Of a DNA stretch of 64,000 bases, positions 12,503 to 23,930 are shown one piece after another. The translations under genes and the position numbers were made by a program. The notes under the pieces were generated by a model, which searched no databases, was not told the origin of the DNA, and was given only the letters and a program-made list of their open reading frames with translations. Location of the stretch: positions 10,728,001 to 10,792,000 of the forward strand of contig NC_087437.1 of the NCBI RefSeq assembly GCF_036321535.1, in the 5' to 3' direction. Each line of letters opens with the position of its first letter. The stretch's first letter is position 1. This DNA comes from Camelus dromedarius. Its lineage: Eukaryota.

Positions 12503-13217
12503 TGCTTTGCCATATCTACTGCGAGAATGAAAACCATTCTCAGCAATCAGAGTGTCGACATTCCAGAAAGTGCCGACATCACTTTGAAGGGACGCACAGT
12601 TATTGTGATGGGCCCCAGAGGCACCCTGCAAAGGGACGTCAATCACATCAGTGTAGAACTCAGTCTCCTTGGAAAGAAAAAGATGCTCCGGGTTGGCAAA
12701 TGGTGGGGAGGTAGAGAAGAACTGGCTACTGTTAGCACTATTGGTAGTCACGTACAGGGCGTGATCAAGGGTGTTACACAGGGCTTCCGTTACAAGATGA
12801 GGTCTGTGCGTGCTCACTTCCCCATAAGCGTCATCATTCAGGAGAATGATTCTCTTGTTGAAATCCAAGATTTCTTGGGTGAAAAGTACACCCGCAGGGT
12901 TCGGGTGGGGCCAGGGGTTGCTTGTTCAGGATCTCAAGCCCAGAAAAATGAGTTAATTCTTGAAGGAAATGACATTGAACTGGTATCAAATTCAGCTGCT
13001 TTGATTCAGCAAGCCATGACAGTTAAAAACAAGGATATCAGAAAAACTTTGGATGGTATCTGTGTTTCTGAAAAGGGAATGGCTCAGCAGGCTGATGAAT
13101 GAGATCTAAGTTGTCCAGCTACAGGAACAGCAAGATGCCTGCCCAATCACTCTTTAAATTCACTTTTGATGTTTTAAGGATGTAGTAAAAGCTATTGATT
13201 AGGGGAAAAAATAAAAT
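12503..13217 (+). pseudogene. RPL9: Processed RPL9 (60S ribosomal protein L9/uL6) retrocopy with an uninterrupted ORF at 12527-13102 (191 aa)
   Basis: Intronless MKTILSNQ...QQADE. Has an RPL9-like 5'UTR (tctactgcgagaATG), a 3'UTR with AGTAAA at 13184-13189 and an A-rich tail at 13206-13220. TSD aaaattgttcttt at 12490-12502 and 13218-13230, at a TT/AAAA L1 endonuclease site. Confidence 0.95.
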
Positions 13218-13682
13218 AAAATTGTTCTTTGAAACATTTCATTCATAACGTCTGTAAGGGAAATGGGAATTTTAAATAGATAAGACAAAGTAGAAAAAAA
13301 ATCAAATTTGGTTGATGATATCTGAGATTACTTTAAGCATGTGTAACTTTAGTTTAAATTTTCACCTTTGTTCTAACCTAATAGTTGGACAACTTAAGAA
13401 CCACATTTTATACCATAGTTGACATTCAGACAACAGGTAGTAAATTAGAGAAAAATAAGACCAATAAAAACTGTTAACAGAAACATAAAGGAATATAATA
13501 AATGTATTCTTTCTCCTCAACCCTTTGAAAAACATGAGAGGGATTATTAAAAGATACGTTTTTTGCTGAGACTGGTGATGGTTCTTGGCTTAACTTACCT
13601 CTGTGAATGCTAAATTTGTTTTATGAAAGTCAATTCACTTCACTTGGGTTTTAAATACTGATTTTAAAAGATGATTCTTGAA

Positions 13683-13872
13683 CAGTGATGTTCAGGCAGT
13701 TTTAACCACATAATCCTTTCTTCAAACAAAACATTTCATGGAACCACAATATCTCTAGTGAATCCCCTGTTTGACATGGGGTGAAACAAGGAAGACAGAG
13801 TGTGTGTGCACACAGACGTGCACACGTGTGTAAATCTCCCACAGCTCCAAGACTACAGTTTGAAAAGCACTG
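13683..13872. mobile_element. Probable hAT-Charlie MITE
   Basis: Imperfect termini cagtgatgttca...tgaaaagcactg resemble Charlie TIRs. Confidence 0.4.
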
Positions 13873-13974
13873 GTATTTGACCACCTTTTTGTTAGAATGC
13901 CTGATGGGCCCAATTCGTAGTATTCTGAAGTCGACCTTGAGCAATAATTAGTTTAAAAAATACAAACTTCAGGA

Positions 13975-14557
13975 AGAAGATTTCTGAAAAATGGTGACAG
14001 CAGTGGTATTTGCTCACTAATCTCCCCATAGAAACAGAGCAATTAGGGTACCAAAATCAGAACCCACAGACAGCAACTCCACCAAGCCAAGTCCCCCCAC
14101 CAGCCCCCAAACACTAGAAGGTAGGGACAGACTGCCAACAGCTATGAGATTCTTGTGAGGTCACTTACTGTGTGGGAGGGGGAAGAGCACCAGAAACAGG
14201 GCAGCTGATGTGTTGAGAAGAGGAAATCCCTCAATTGCCAGCACGTACTCACTGGGACGCGCAGCCGGCCAGAGGAGTTGTGAGAGTGGGTGAGTGTTCT
14301 TTGCAGGATCTGGTTTATAAGTGAATACGGGGGACTGGAAACGATCCAGTTTGATGGTGACAAAGCCATCTGAGCTGTATAAATTCTTGAAGCAGGCAAA
14401 CCAAAGCTCCCTTCCAAAACAAATCCTTACACTGTGGAAAGCTGCTCGAAGCAGAATCCACATTGGGCTGGATGGGATAATAGGGGAGAAGAGAGAAAAG
14501 TCCAGGTTAAAAAGCAAATGGTGACTACAACATAGGTAGTGCCACAGAGTGAAGGGC

Positions 14558-14598
<41 letters not shown>

Positions 14599-15130
14599 TC
14601 ACTGTGTGAAGACAACAGAAGAAAGAGTTCTAGAATCATGGAGTTGGAAAAACTATCATGAGCTATTCATTTCAAAGTACAGGAGAACTTGTTTCATTTT
14701 TAAAAAAAAGCAAGCAAAATAAAATTAAGCAAAGATCTTATAAGGAGAAAAATGCAATAAAAACATGCTCCCAAAGTCTATGAAACAAATGAAAACTATA
14801 AACTGTTAAAATAAAACAAAGTTAAAAAAATATTTTAAATGATAGAGGATTATAATGAAAACATAAATCAGAATTGGATCAAAATTTAGGTGACTGGAGA
14901 AAAATCCATGGAGCAGCATATTTAAGATGCTCAAGGATGGAGAACCGGAGCCATTAGGTTTCTATCCAACCAAACTCACCTTCAGGTGTCATGAGTACAG
15001 ACCAATAGTTATGAACACTCCAGGATCTCAAATCTCGCTCTCATGAGCCTTTGCTGAGGAACCTGCTAGAGAATGAGCTTCAGACAACCCCACCCCCAAA
15101 TCAAAATAAAACAAAACAACTGGGAAATGC
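13975..15130 (+). mobile_element. Ancient L1/HAL1-like 5' region and ORF1 remnant
   Basis: Begins like an old L1 5' end (aaatggtgacagcag). The A-rich middle and tctatccaaccaaactcaccttc...catgagcctttgctgaggaacctgctagagaatgagcttcag resemble the degenerate ORF1 C-terminus. Confidence 0.5.
14559..14596 (+). repeat. Pure poly(T) tract, about 38 nt
   Basis: Directly visible. Confidence 0.95.
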
Positions 15131-15459
15131 CAGAGGAGAGGACACAGTGACATTCCGTTTCCCAGAACTTAGGTAATGGTCCGTGGGGCCGAGTTCTGGC
15201 CCCAGACATGGAGGGGCATAAACACAAGGTACTTCCAGGCACCATCCTCTACATCTTCACTGATAAGCTGGCTGGGTGCAAAGAATCCAGCAAAGTACTC
15301 TTTGACACCAGTAGAAACCACATTACTGTTACTCTAGGTAGCTCCAAGTAGTGTCTGAGCTTTGAGATGACAATAATTATTGGATTTATCAGACTAGATG
15401 AAATGTCACTAAATGGCAGCATTTAATCTAACAAGGAATCACAACTATAACACCACACT

Positions 15460-15617
15460 TTTTAACACTTTGATAACTATATTTCAGTATAATCTGCTTT
15501 ATTCATAATACTGGGCCTTTTATGGTATGCATTTAAAAACATTATTCTGAGAAGAGGTCTGTATGCTTCACCAAACTGCCAGTTGGGTCATGGAGCAAAA
15601 AGATGTGAAGAACCCCA
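15460..15617 (+). mobile_element. hAT-Charlie (Charlie4-like) 3' fragment
   Basis: aaaacattattctgagaagaggtc...caccaaactgcc...gaagaacccc resembles the recalled Charlie4z end. Confidence 0.55.
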
Positions 15618-15978
15618 GATTCAAATGGAAAGAGATGGGTATCTAAATTAATAGGCGTCTTCTCTCCATGTTGTCAACACACGTGGAAAATGACTTGAGC
15701 AAGAAATAAGCTGCTGCTGTGTTTAAGTGAAAAGGATAAAAAGGCAAAAAACTTATAATGGAAGAAAGTCCTGACTTGAACTCATTCAAATGCTTTTTCA
15801 CTAGCTTTCTGTTGTTCAAAACTAATTTACATGATCTTTGCTGATTATCCCCGGGGTCAAAAGAAGCACCAGCCAGTCTTCAGTTTTTGTGGTTGGGTAA
15901 ACTTGGCCAGACTCAACATTCTGCTCCATGCCTGAGCCACACAGTGATTCTAGTCCTTACTTTAAAATGCAAATTTGG

Positions 15979-16502
15979 GGTGTATGTATCTTTTTGAATC
16001 AAAGTTCCTTCCAGATACATGCCCAGGAATGGAGTTTCTGGAGTTTGTGGTAGCTCTATTTTTAGTCTTTTGAGGAATCTCCATACTGTTTTCCATAACA
16101 GCTGCACCAAACTGCACTCCCACCAGCAGTGAAGGAGGGCTCCCTTTTCTCCACAGCCTCTCCAGCATTTGTCATTTGTGGACTTTTGAATGATGGCCAT
16201 TCTGACTGGTGTGAGGTGCTGTCTCATTGCAGTTTTGATTTGCATTTCTCTGATAATTAGTGATATTGAGTATTTTTTCATGCGCCTGTTGGCCATTTGT
16301 ATGTCTTCATTGGAGAATTGCTTGTTTAGGTCTTCTGCCCATTTTTGGATTGGGCTGTTTGGTAATTTTTGTTGTTGTTACTTTGTTGTATGAGCTGTTT
16401 AACACTGTAAACTGACTATACTTCAACTAGAATATTAAAAAATAAAAAAAGAATTATGAACTAGTAGATCATTGAATACTTAAAAAAAAAAAAGAAAAAA
16501 GA
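15979..16502 (+). mobile_element. L1 with 5' inversion: ORF2 C-terminal piece inverted (15979-16400), short forward 3' end and double A-tract
   Basis: Minus-strand ORF 15913-16296 is L1 ORF2-like (IREMQIKT...[10 protein letters not shown]). The forward piece reads actgtaaactgactatacttcaa. Candidate TSD aaatttgg at 15971-15978 and 16503-16510. Confidence 0.85.
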
Positions 16503-19500
16503 AAATTTGGTTCAAAGTATGCTTCCCCAAGGGGACTGTGAGACTATTAGACACAAGTAAGTGCATTTTGGTACATCTTAGTATATTTTTGGTAGTCTTC
16601 CATCACAAAAAATCTAAATGAGATTAGGACATAATTTTGTTATGAACTTCATTGCTGAAGGGAACTTCAGAGGGCCTTTCATCTACCATCCTCATCTTAC
16701 AGTGTGAACTGAGGACCAGACAAGTTTGGGTCAGACTCACAGTCACACAGCCAAGGTGCTCCTCTAGGCTCTAGCCTAGACACACGTCCACGCATGTGAC
16801 ACTAACATTGTGTCCCACCAACCTCCGTCTTCCCTCACTGCCCCCACCTTTCCTCCTTCTCTCAGGTCACAGTGGAATTGCCTTCAGTAATTCTGCATAT
16901 ATTCCTGGGAAAACTTTCCGAGTTCTCTAGCTTTCTTTCCTTTAGAGCTCAGGAAAAGATGATTTTCTCTTTTTTGCCCCCTCATCGTAGAGTAGGCTTC
17001 TTTATTTCCGGGTAACAACAGAGAATCAGTTGTGTCCTAGGGGTACTGGCAGAACCATCCTTCAGTACAGTGACAAGAGGCAACTGAGAATTTTACCTCC
17101 TCATCTCTCATGAGTAGCTCGATGTTCTTGACCACAGATGGGGCAGTGTTTTCCAGGTCTTGAAGTCCTTTTATAACAAAACCTACTTCGAGCGACACGG
17201 AACCTTCATGGCCAAGAGGGTCATGCTGTTGCTGTGGTCTTGCACCGTCTGCATGTTTCCTCTGGGCGGCTCGGTGGGCTCGCTGCTTTCGGTTGACAAA
17301 TGTGGCCGGTAAAGAGTGGGTGTGCTGCTCACGCAGAGTTCACATTAGTAACTCCCACTGTCTCTTGGTGGTCGCATCTCTGGTGGGGAGTTGTGTGACC
17401 TTGAAAATCAGGAGACCTGAAGTCCAGCCCCCACTTTGCCGTAGACTTCGTAAGATTTTCTTTTTCCTTCTTTCTTAAGGCTGTTCAGGTATTTCTTTTC
17501 TTTACCTCTTGCATTTAGTTACAGGGACTTTGAATTAAAGAAAATGAAGAAACGAAAAATAAAAAAACAGATGACCTTTATCATATACATACATTTATGC
17601 TTACATGTTGCCTAAGAACAGGTGGTTAAACCTCAGAAGACCCACAAATTTATCTGGTGGGCAAATTGCGAATGCAAAACGTTATCCTACCATTTTCTGT
17701 TTCTAGATGTCATGCCTAAAATTCCAATTAACATCACTGTTAATTATCCTACCACTGATACAGATAGCTTTTTAATCCACTTTTGTTACTCATATGTGGA
17801 AAAACGTAGAATTTTAATGGTCACGAATGCTGACAACAGTTTGAGAGCAGGGGCGTGATACACTTAAAACTTCTCTAATTATCCGGCAAGTGTGTTCTTT
17901 GGATGTTCTTTTTCGCCGCTTTGGTGATCAGCCATGTTGTAGAGTGAGCTTGGGTGCCCTGCTCAGTGTCTTTTGCTTTGCTTGGCCTGTTTCTGGTCCA
18001 TATCAGCATCCAATCTCTCCTTTCTATAAGGTTCCTTCTTAGGAATAACCCAGCGATAATTCTTTATTTCCCTGCCATAGCTTTAACATCAGGGGTAGGT
18101 GTGTTTTAAGCCAAGTTGTCACTGCTTTACTCGGAGAACTGATGCTTTTCCAAGCCCTTCTGATATTTCTGTGATGAGTCAGAAAGGCCAGTCAGACCTA
18201 ACAGAATCTCATGTGGGTTTTCCTGTTCTTGGGATGCTTTCAGCCTCATTGTTCTTAAAATTCTTGTCAGTAAATCAAAGTTGAAATCAGTGAGGGTTTA
18301 CAGAGCAGCGGAACCTGCCAAAATGTGAGTTTGAGCTTTCCTTAGAGTCAACTTTTCAAGCACGAGTAACTGTGAAAGGGAAGCAGATCTCAATTGTTTT
18401 GTGCTGGATGCCTGAGCTGAGACACACGGCTTGCTTTGAAATCACATGAGCCACGTTTACAAACCTAGCAGCAGATCTTTAACTTCCTCCTGGCATTGAG
18501 ACTGTTGTAGTAAAAGGAAGAACTCATTTATACCCATTTACTCTAAGAGAAATATACTAATATGTGATAATATCATAACTGTCGAGGCGCAGACCCTTCT
18601 CCTCTGGGGCCACTTATCCTCACCCTCTACGAGGCACTGAGTGCGTGGCCAGCCGGGCATCATGGGTGAACCTGTGATATGTCTACAAGTTGAGCCTTTT
18701 TAAATAGAGTGGTTAAAAGCATGAATTGATCTGTAGTCCACCATCTGAATAAGGTTCTTAATTTAAGATTAGAGGAGTTACTTGGTCTGTGGTGACTTAC
18801 TGGGCTTTGGAAATGAATGACTACCAGCCCCAGCCAGAGCCTGGGACACCCAGGGATCCCCGTTCACTCTGAGTCATAAGCTACTGCTAGTGTTTGGAGC
18901 TCAGCTTCCTTTCCACTTTGTTTTTTGCGTTGCCTGAACGACGCAGCAGCCAATTTGCTTTGTAAAGTCAATTTTTGTTCCTTTATGCAACATACTTTCA
19001 TCAATATTGGTTGGCCTTTCCCTGAGGTTCTTGTTGTGGCTGTTGTTTTTGAAATCTAAAAAATATGATTAGTGTTTTGATAGCGTAGATATTCTCTTAA
19101 CACTGACAGTACCTCTGTGGGTGCAGACATTAAATATAATTATTATACTAGATATTGTAAGATCTATGAAATTGGCAGTAGCACATCACTAAAAGATACT
19201 AACTCACAGTTTAAATTTAATGACTCGGAACGGGTTGATTTTCCATTCTGCTATGTTCAATGTTTAATAAACTCTTCTTTGTTACTTCCACCCTGCGTAT
19301 TATAAAAGCTGTTACATGAGTTGCCGCTACCCACATCATACATAAAGTTACAGGAATGAGCAGATTGGTATGTTACAACTTTAATTGCCGAGTCCCAGAG
19401 TTTAGTATTTCCAATTGGAGTGTTGATTTAGCTCTGGAAGTTTGAATTAAATTCTTTGTTGTTTCTTTTCCTAAAAAAAGTTCTCTGTCTTTAACATTGA

Positions 19501-19949
19501 GCTAAAGAGATACAATGATTAACACAATTACAATTTTTAAAATTCCATTGTGAATATTTAGCATGGCCCTGGTCATAAACAGTACAATTGTGTTGGCAGT
19601 GAATAAATTGTTAGCCTAAAATAGAAAAACTTCCCACATGAATTAGGACAGAATTTCTCTTGATGTTTTGCAAATCCTTAGCCAGCTGTGAACATACAAC
19701 TAAACAGTATAACGCTTTACAGAGAAAGCAATTTATCATGTGCTAATATATTTTAGGAGCTTTTTTTATGATTGCTTTTGGAATGGGAAAATGCAGCTTA
19801 CAGAAGTAGATAAATTTCACAAAGTAATACCTAAATGTTCCACATCTGTGTTTTAGATTTTTGTTTTCTTTGTAATAATTAGGGATCACTGCCTTCACCA
19901 ACACTATTTTGTTCACCATTAGGCTTTCCACCAGACAAACTATATATTT

Positions 19950-20100
19950 ACTTATTTGCTTACTGTTATCTTCCTCTCACTAGGATACAAACTTCATAAA
20001 ATGAAGGACTTTGGATTTGTTCAGTGCTAAATGCATTATTACCTAAAACAGTGCCGGACACGTAGAAGGAGTTCAGACTGTATCTGTTGAATAAATGAAC
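19950..20100 (+). mobile_element. L2 3' end
   Basis: acctaaaacagtgccggacacgtag...tgttgaataaatgaa. Confidence 0.75.
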
Positions 20101-21546
20101 AAGTAAATTAATTTCATTTTACATCATTTTTTCTTTTTGTTTAATGTACTTGGAGCATTTCTTCATGTTATTAAAGAGTAAAATATACCTTTTTAAAGAA
20201 GTAGTCATGGTACATTAAAGCAATTAAATGTAAGTCAAATCTGATGGAGATGTTCAAGTAACTCCACGTTTGACAAACTGAGATTGTAAACGGCATTTGT
20301 AGAGTCTATATATTGATCCACTGCACTCATTTTGGAAAAAAGTGAAAGGACAGAAGCGCTTTACATTATACTTCATTCTTTTAAATTCATGAAGATGCAG
20401 TTGTTCAGTTAAAAAAAACAACCCTCTTGAAACTGAAGAATATTCGTCATCCAGGGTACAGAGGAAAGTTGGCGGTATCATGCATGCCCCTGAGGGATGC
20501 ACCTGGATGTGGTCCAGTATCATCACCCCGTGTGGAGCAGGATGCACCCCCAGCAGGGCTCAGAAGCATGAGGGAGTGACCGACCTGCTTGAGGCGGCAG
20601 CCTCTGTGGAGGCAGCCTCTGTAGAGGCAGTTCAGGGAGGTCCAACAGGCTTGTAAAGCAGCATAGTGAGGGTCCGCTGGTTAATTAGCTAGCCGACCGT
20701 AGTTGTGGGGATTAACTTTGAGGAACAGCTGAAGCAGGTGTTCTCTGCTTTTCAGTACATTCAGTAAAATAAGAATCCCACAACTGTGTAATTTTCGATC
20801 ATTTTTTTGCCTCTACCCTACAATCCTACCCAGCTTGTTCAGATGGTGGTTGAATAGCTGCTCTCCTTTTATATATATAGTACATTTTATCTAAACAAAA
20901 TTAGGTTTTTATATCCATCAGGTCTTGAAATGGGTAGGACGAGAAAATTCAGTTCTGCCAGCTTTTAAAATATAATAGGAGATTGTAAACTATTCTGTCA
21001 CATTTTAGTGGTCCCAGACAACTGTCTTTTACTCCTTCTTTCTTCCCTAGATCTTTATGAACCTTTCTTTTGTCTCTTACTGCCTTGTCTCCCATTGCCT
21101 TGTCTCTCCCTGTCTTTTCTCCTGAGTGAGGCTGCCGGGTTGGATGTGCAGGCAAGCCGTGGTGCCTGGGGCCCAGCCAGTCCCTTCCCAGGCCTCTCCC
21201 CAACCTTGTCATTCTCACCAGGTTTCTTTCTGTACTGATCTCCTTTCTGTCTTCACGGACAGACATCTGACAGGCAGGTATACCCAGGGAAGGGACACTC
21301 CAAGGCTGCAAAACTGAGACACGGTTTCCACAGCTATCAGGGGTTGTATTGGAGCTCATGCTGACAGCGATCCATTCTCCCCTGCTTCTCACAGACGGTG
21401 ACAGGAACGGACAGCTGGACCGTGTGGAGTGTGACATACCGTACAGAACTGACCAGTGACCACTGATCGAGTCTTAACTGTTCCAAGGGTCTTTATATCA
21501 TTTCTCCTGAGTACTCAGTTGACATATTTGCTTCAAACAAAATCTT

Positions 21547-21934
21547 TTTGTGTGTGTATATATGTATTTTATTGAAGTATAGTCAGTTTACAATGTTGTG
21601 TCCATTTCTGGTGTGCGGCACAGTGCTTCAGTCATACATGAACATACATGTATTCGTTTTCATATTCTTTTTCACCATAGGTTACTACAAGATATTGAAT
21701 ATAGTTCTCTGTGCTATACAGTATGAGCTTGTTGTTTATCTACTTTATATATATTAGTATCTGCAAATCTTGAAATCACAGTTTATCCCTTCCCACCCAC
21801 TTCCCACCCTAGGAACCGTAAGTTTGTTTTCTATGTCTGTGAGTCTGCTTCTGTTTTGTAAATAAGTTCCTTCTCTTTTTAGAGTCCACATATAAGTGAT
21901 GTCATATGGTATTTTTCTTTCTTTTTCTGGCTTA
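21547..21934 (-). mobile_element. L1 3' end
   Basis: L1 3'UTR on the minus strand. TSD caaa(c/t)aaaatctt at 21534-21546 and 21935-21947. Confidence 0.9.
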
Positions 21935-22649
21935 CAAATAAAATCTTGAGTGATACAACCCCTTTGTAGTCTTTGGATAAAGGGGCTTGGGAAGGTATTT
22001 GGCGTTCCTAAAATCTTGTGATCTAAAACACCGAAAAGTAGCCATTGGCATCCCAGCTAACTTTTACAATAGATTCATCTTTCACTGAGCTTAGTAAAAT
22101 TACGAATCATATGCCGTAGAGGGGTTGAGGGTCTGGGGAGCAAAGGATTAAGCAAACTGAATTTGGACACTGTACCCTGAGTATGTATCAGGACAGATCC
22201 AGTTCAAATATCCCCACCCTGACGTCTCTCCACACCTCTCCTCACCCAAAAACAAGTCATTTGAAATTTTGCTATTTTACAAATACTGTTGGTGAGCACC
22301 GTCATATCACCAGTGTCTTGAATAAAACTAGGCTGTGGTTAATGAAACACATCTGGCAGTATTTGGGGAAAACCTCCATGTAGAGAGATGAGTAATCATA
22401 CCTCCTCATTTAAAATTGTAACATATTGTGCAAGCTGAACATTTGTACACAGAGGACTTTTTAAAGGAAACTCAAGAAAGACATTGTCTTTGTCATTCTC
22501 AATCTCAGTGTTTTTAATTAACTGTTTTATTTTGGAATAACTTTAAATTTATGGGAAGTTACAAAGATAGTAGAGTATTTCCATATACACTTCACCCAGT
22601 TTCTCAACTTAAGTTTTTATTTTATTTTTTTTTAAAAGAATGGAGCCTA

Positions 22650-22912
22650 AGGAAACATGATTGTCAGATAGTATGGTGTCCTGGATGGAATCCTGGAATA
22701 GAAAAAGGACGTTAGGTAAAGACTAAGGAGATCTCAGTATGGTGTGGACTTTATTAATTACAATAATAATGTATCAACATTGACTCATTAATTGTGACAA
22801 ATGCACTATAACAATGTAAGATGTTAATTAAAAACTAAGCTGGCTGTAGGGCATATGAGAACTCTAAGCTATCTTTACAATGTTTTTATAACTAAAACTT
22901 TTAAAATAAAAA
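22650..22912 (+). mobile_element. Old L1MC/MD-like 3' end
   Basis: cctggatggaatcctggaatagaaaaaggac...aatgtaagatgttaa...ctaaaacttttaaaataaaa. Confidence 0.7.
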
Positions 22913-22914
22913 GG

Positions 22915-23311
22915 TTTTTTTTTAATTTTTTATTGAAATATAGTCAGTTTACAGTGTGTCAGTTTCTGGTGTACAGCATAATACTTGGTATACAGTCATA
23001 CATACACATACAGATATCTCTTTTCATATTCTTTTTCATTATAGGTTACTACAAGACATTGAATAGAGTTCCCTGTGCTGTACAGTAGAAACTTGTTGTT
23101 TATCTATTTTATGTGTAGTAGTTAGTATCTGCAAATCTCGAACTCCCAATTTATCCCTTCCCACCCCCTTACCCCCTGGTAACCATCAGTCTGTTCTCTA
23201 TGTCTGCAAGTCTGTTTCTGTTTTGTAGATAAGTTCATTTGTGTCTTCTTTTTTTTTTTTTTAGACCCCATATATGAATGATATCACACTCCCTCACACC
23301 ATACACAGAAA
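22915..23311 (-). mobile_element. L1 3' end with a 25-nt inverted 5' piece
   Basis: Minus-strand 3'UTR to 23286, then plus-strand cactccctcacaccatacacagaaa, which resembles L1 ORF2. Confidence 0.85.
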
Positions 23312-23429
23312 CGTTATGTTTTAAAGTGTCACCCTCCCCCAAAAAGTTAATCATGCATTCGTTCAGTATTTACTCAGCCTTCAGCACTTTTTGGTCAGTG
23401 TTAAAGTGTCAGTTCTCTGTGAATTCATG

Positions 23430-23600
23430 CAGTGAATCAAGAATCATTCTTTGAGTATCTGTTGTGTTCCTGACAGTGGTACAGCTGCACAGGATGCCAA
23501 GATGAATAAGACACAGTGCCCGTCCCCAAGGGACTGCAGTCTGCTACAAGCAGGAGACAGAGAAACCCGGAATGAGTGCTGTCATAGAGATGGAGGATGT
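23430..23600 (-). mobile_element. L2 3' end
   Basis: ttgagtatctgttgtgttcc...aagatgaataagacacag. Confidence 0.6.
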
Positions 23601-23930
23601 GGGCTGTGGGAAACCCGGGGTAGGGACATTTATGTCACTGGGGTTGGAGTGAAACCAAGTGTTACAAAATGGCCAACTCTGAGAAAAAGGCAGCAGACCA
23701 AAAACCAAAGGAAATTTAAACAAATAACTGACAAATAGAAGGTGATGGCAAAGGTATAGCAATCTTCAGAAGAAACAAGAGACACAAGAACAACTGTATC
23801 CAGTGGTGACTAATGACATATGGGACGGAAGGATTTCTAGTCCCAGTGGGAAGGAAGTTCGGATGAGCCAGCAGTTTTCTTCCACCAAAAAACTGACAGG
23901 AAAGAGGAAAATATTAAGAATATAACCTGC

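Noticed and set aside
12293..12526. 78-codon in-frame N-terminal extension of the RPL9 ORF (269-aa ORF in the track)
   Set aside because: It lies mostly outside the TSD-bounded retrocopy in ordinary intron sequence and has no protein-like features; treated as a chance open frame.
20949..21437. 162-aa minus-strand ORF
   Set aside because: It derives from low-complexity pyrimidine-rich sequence, with no recognisable domain.
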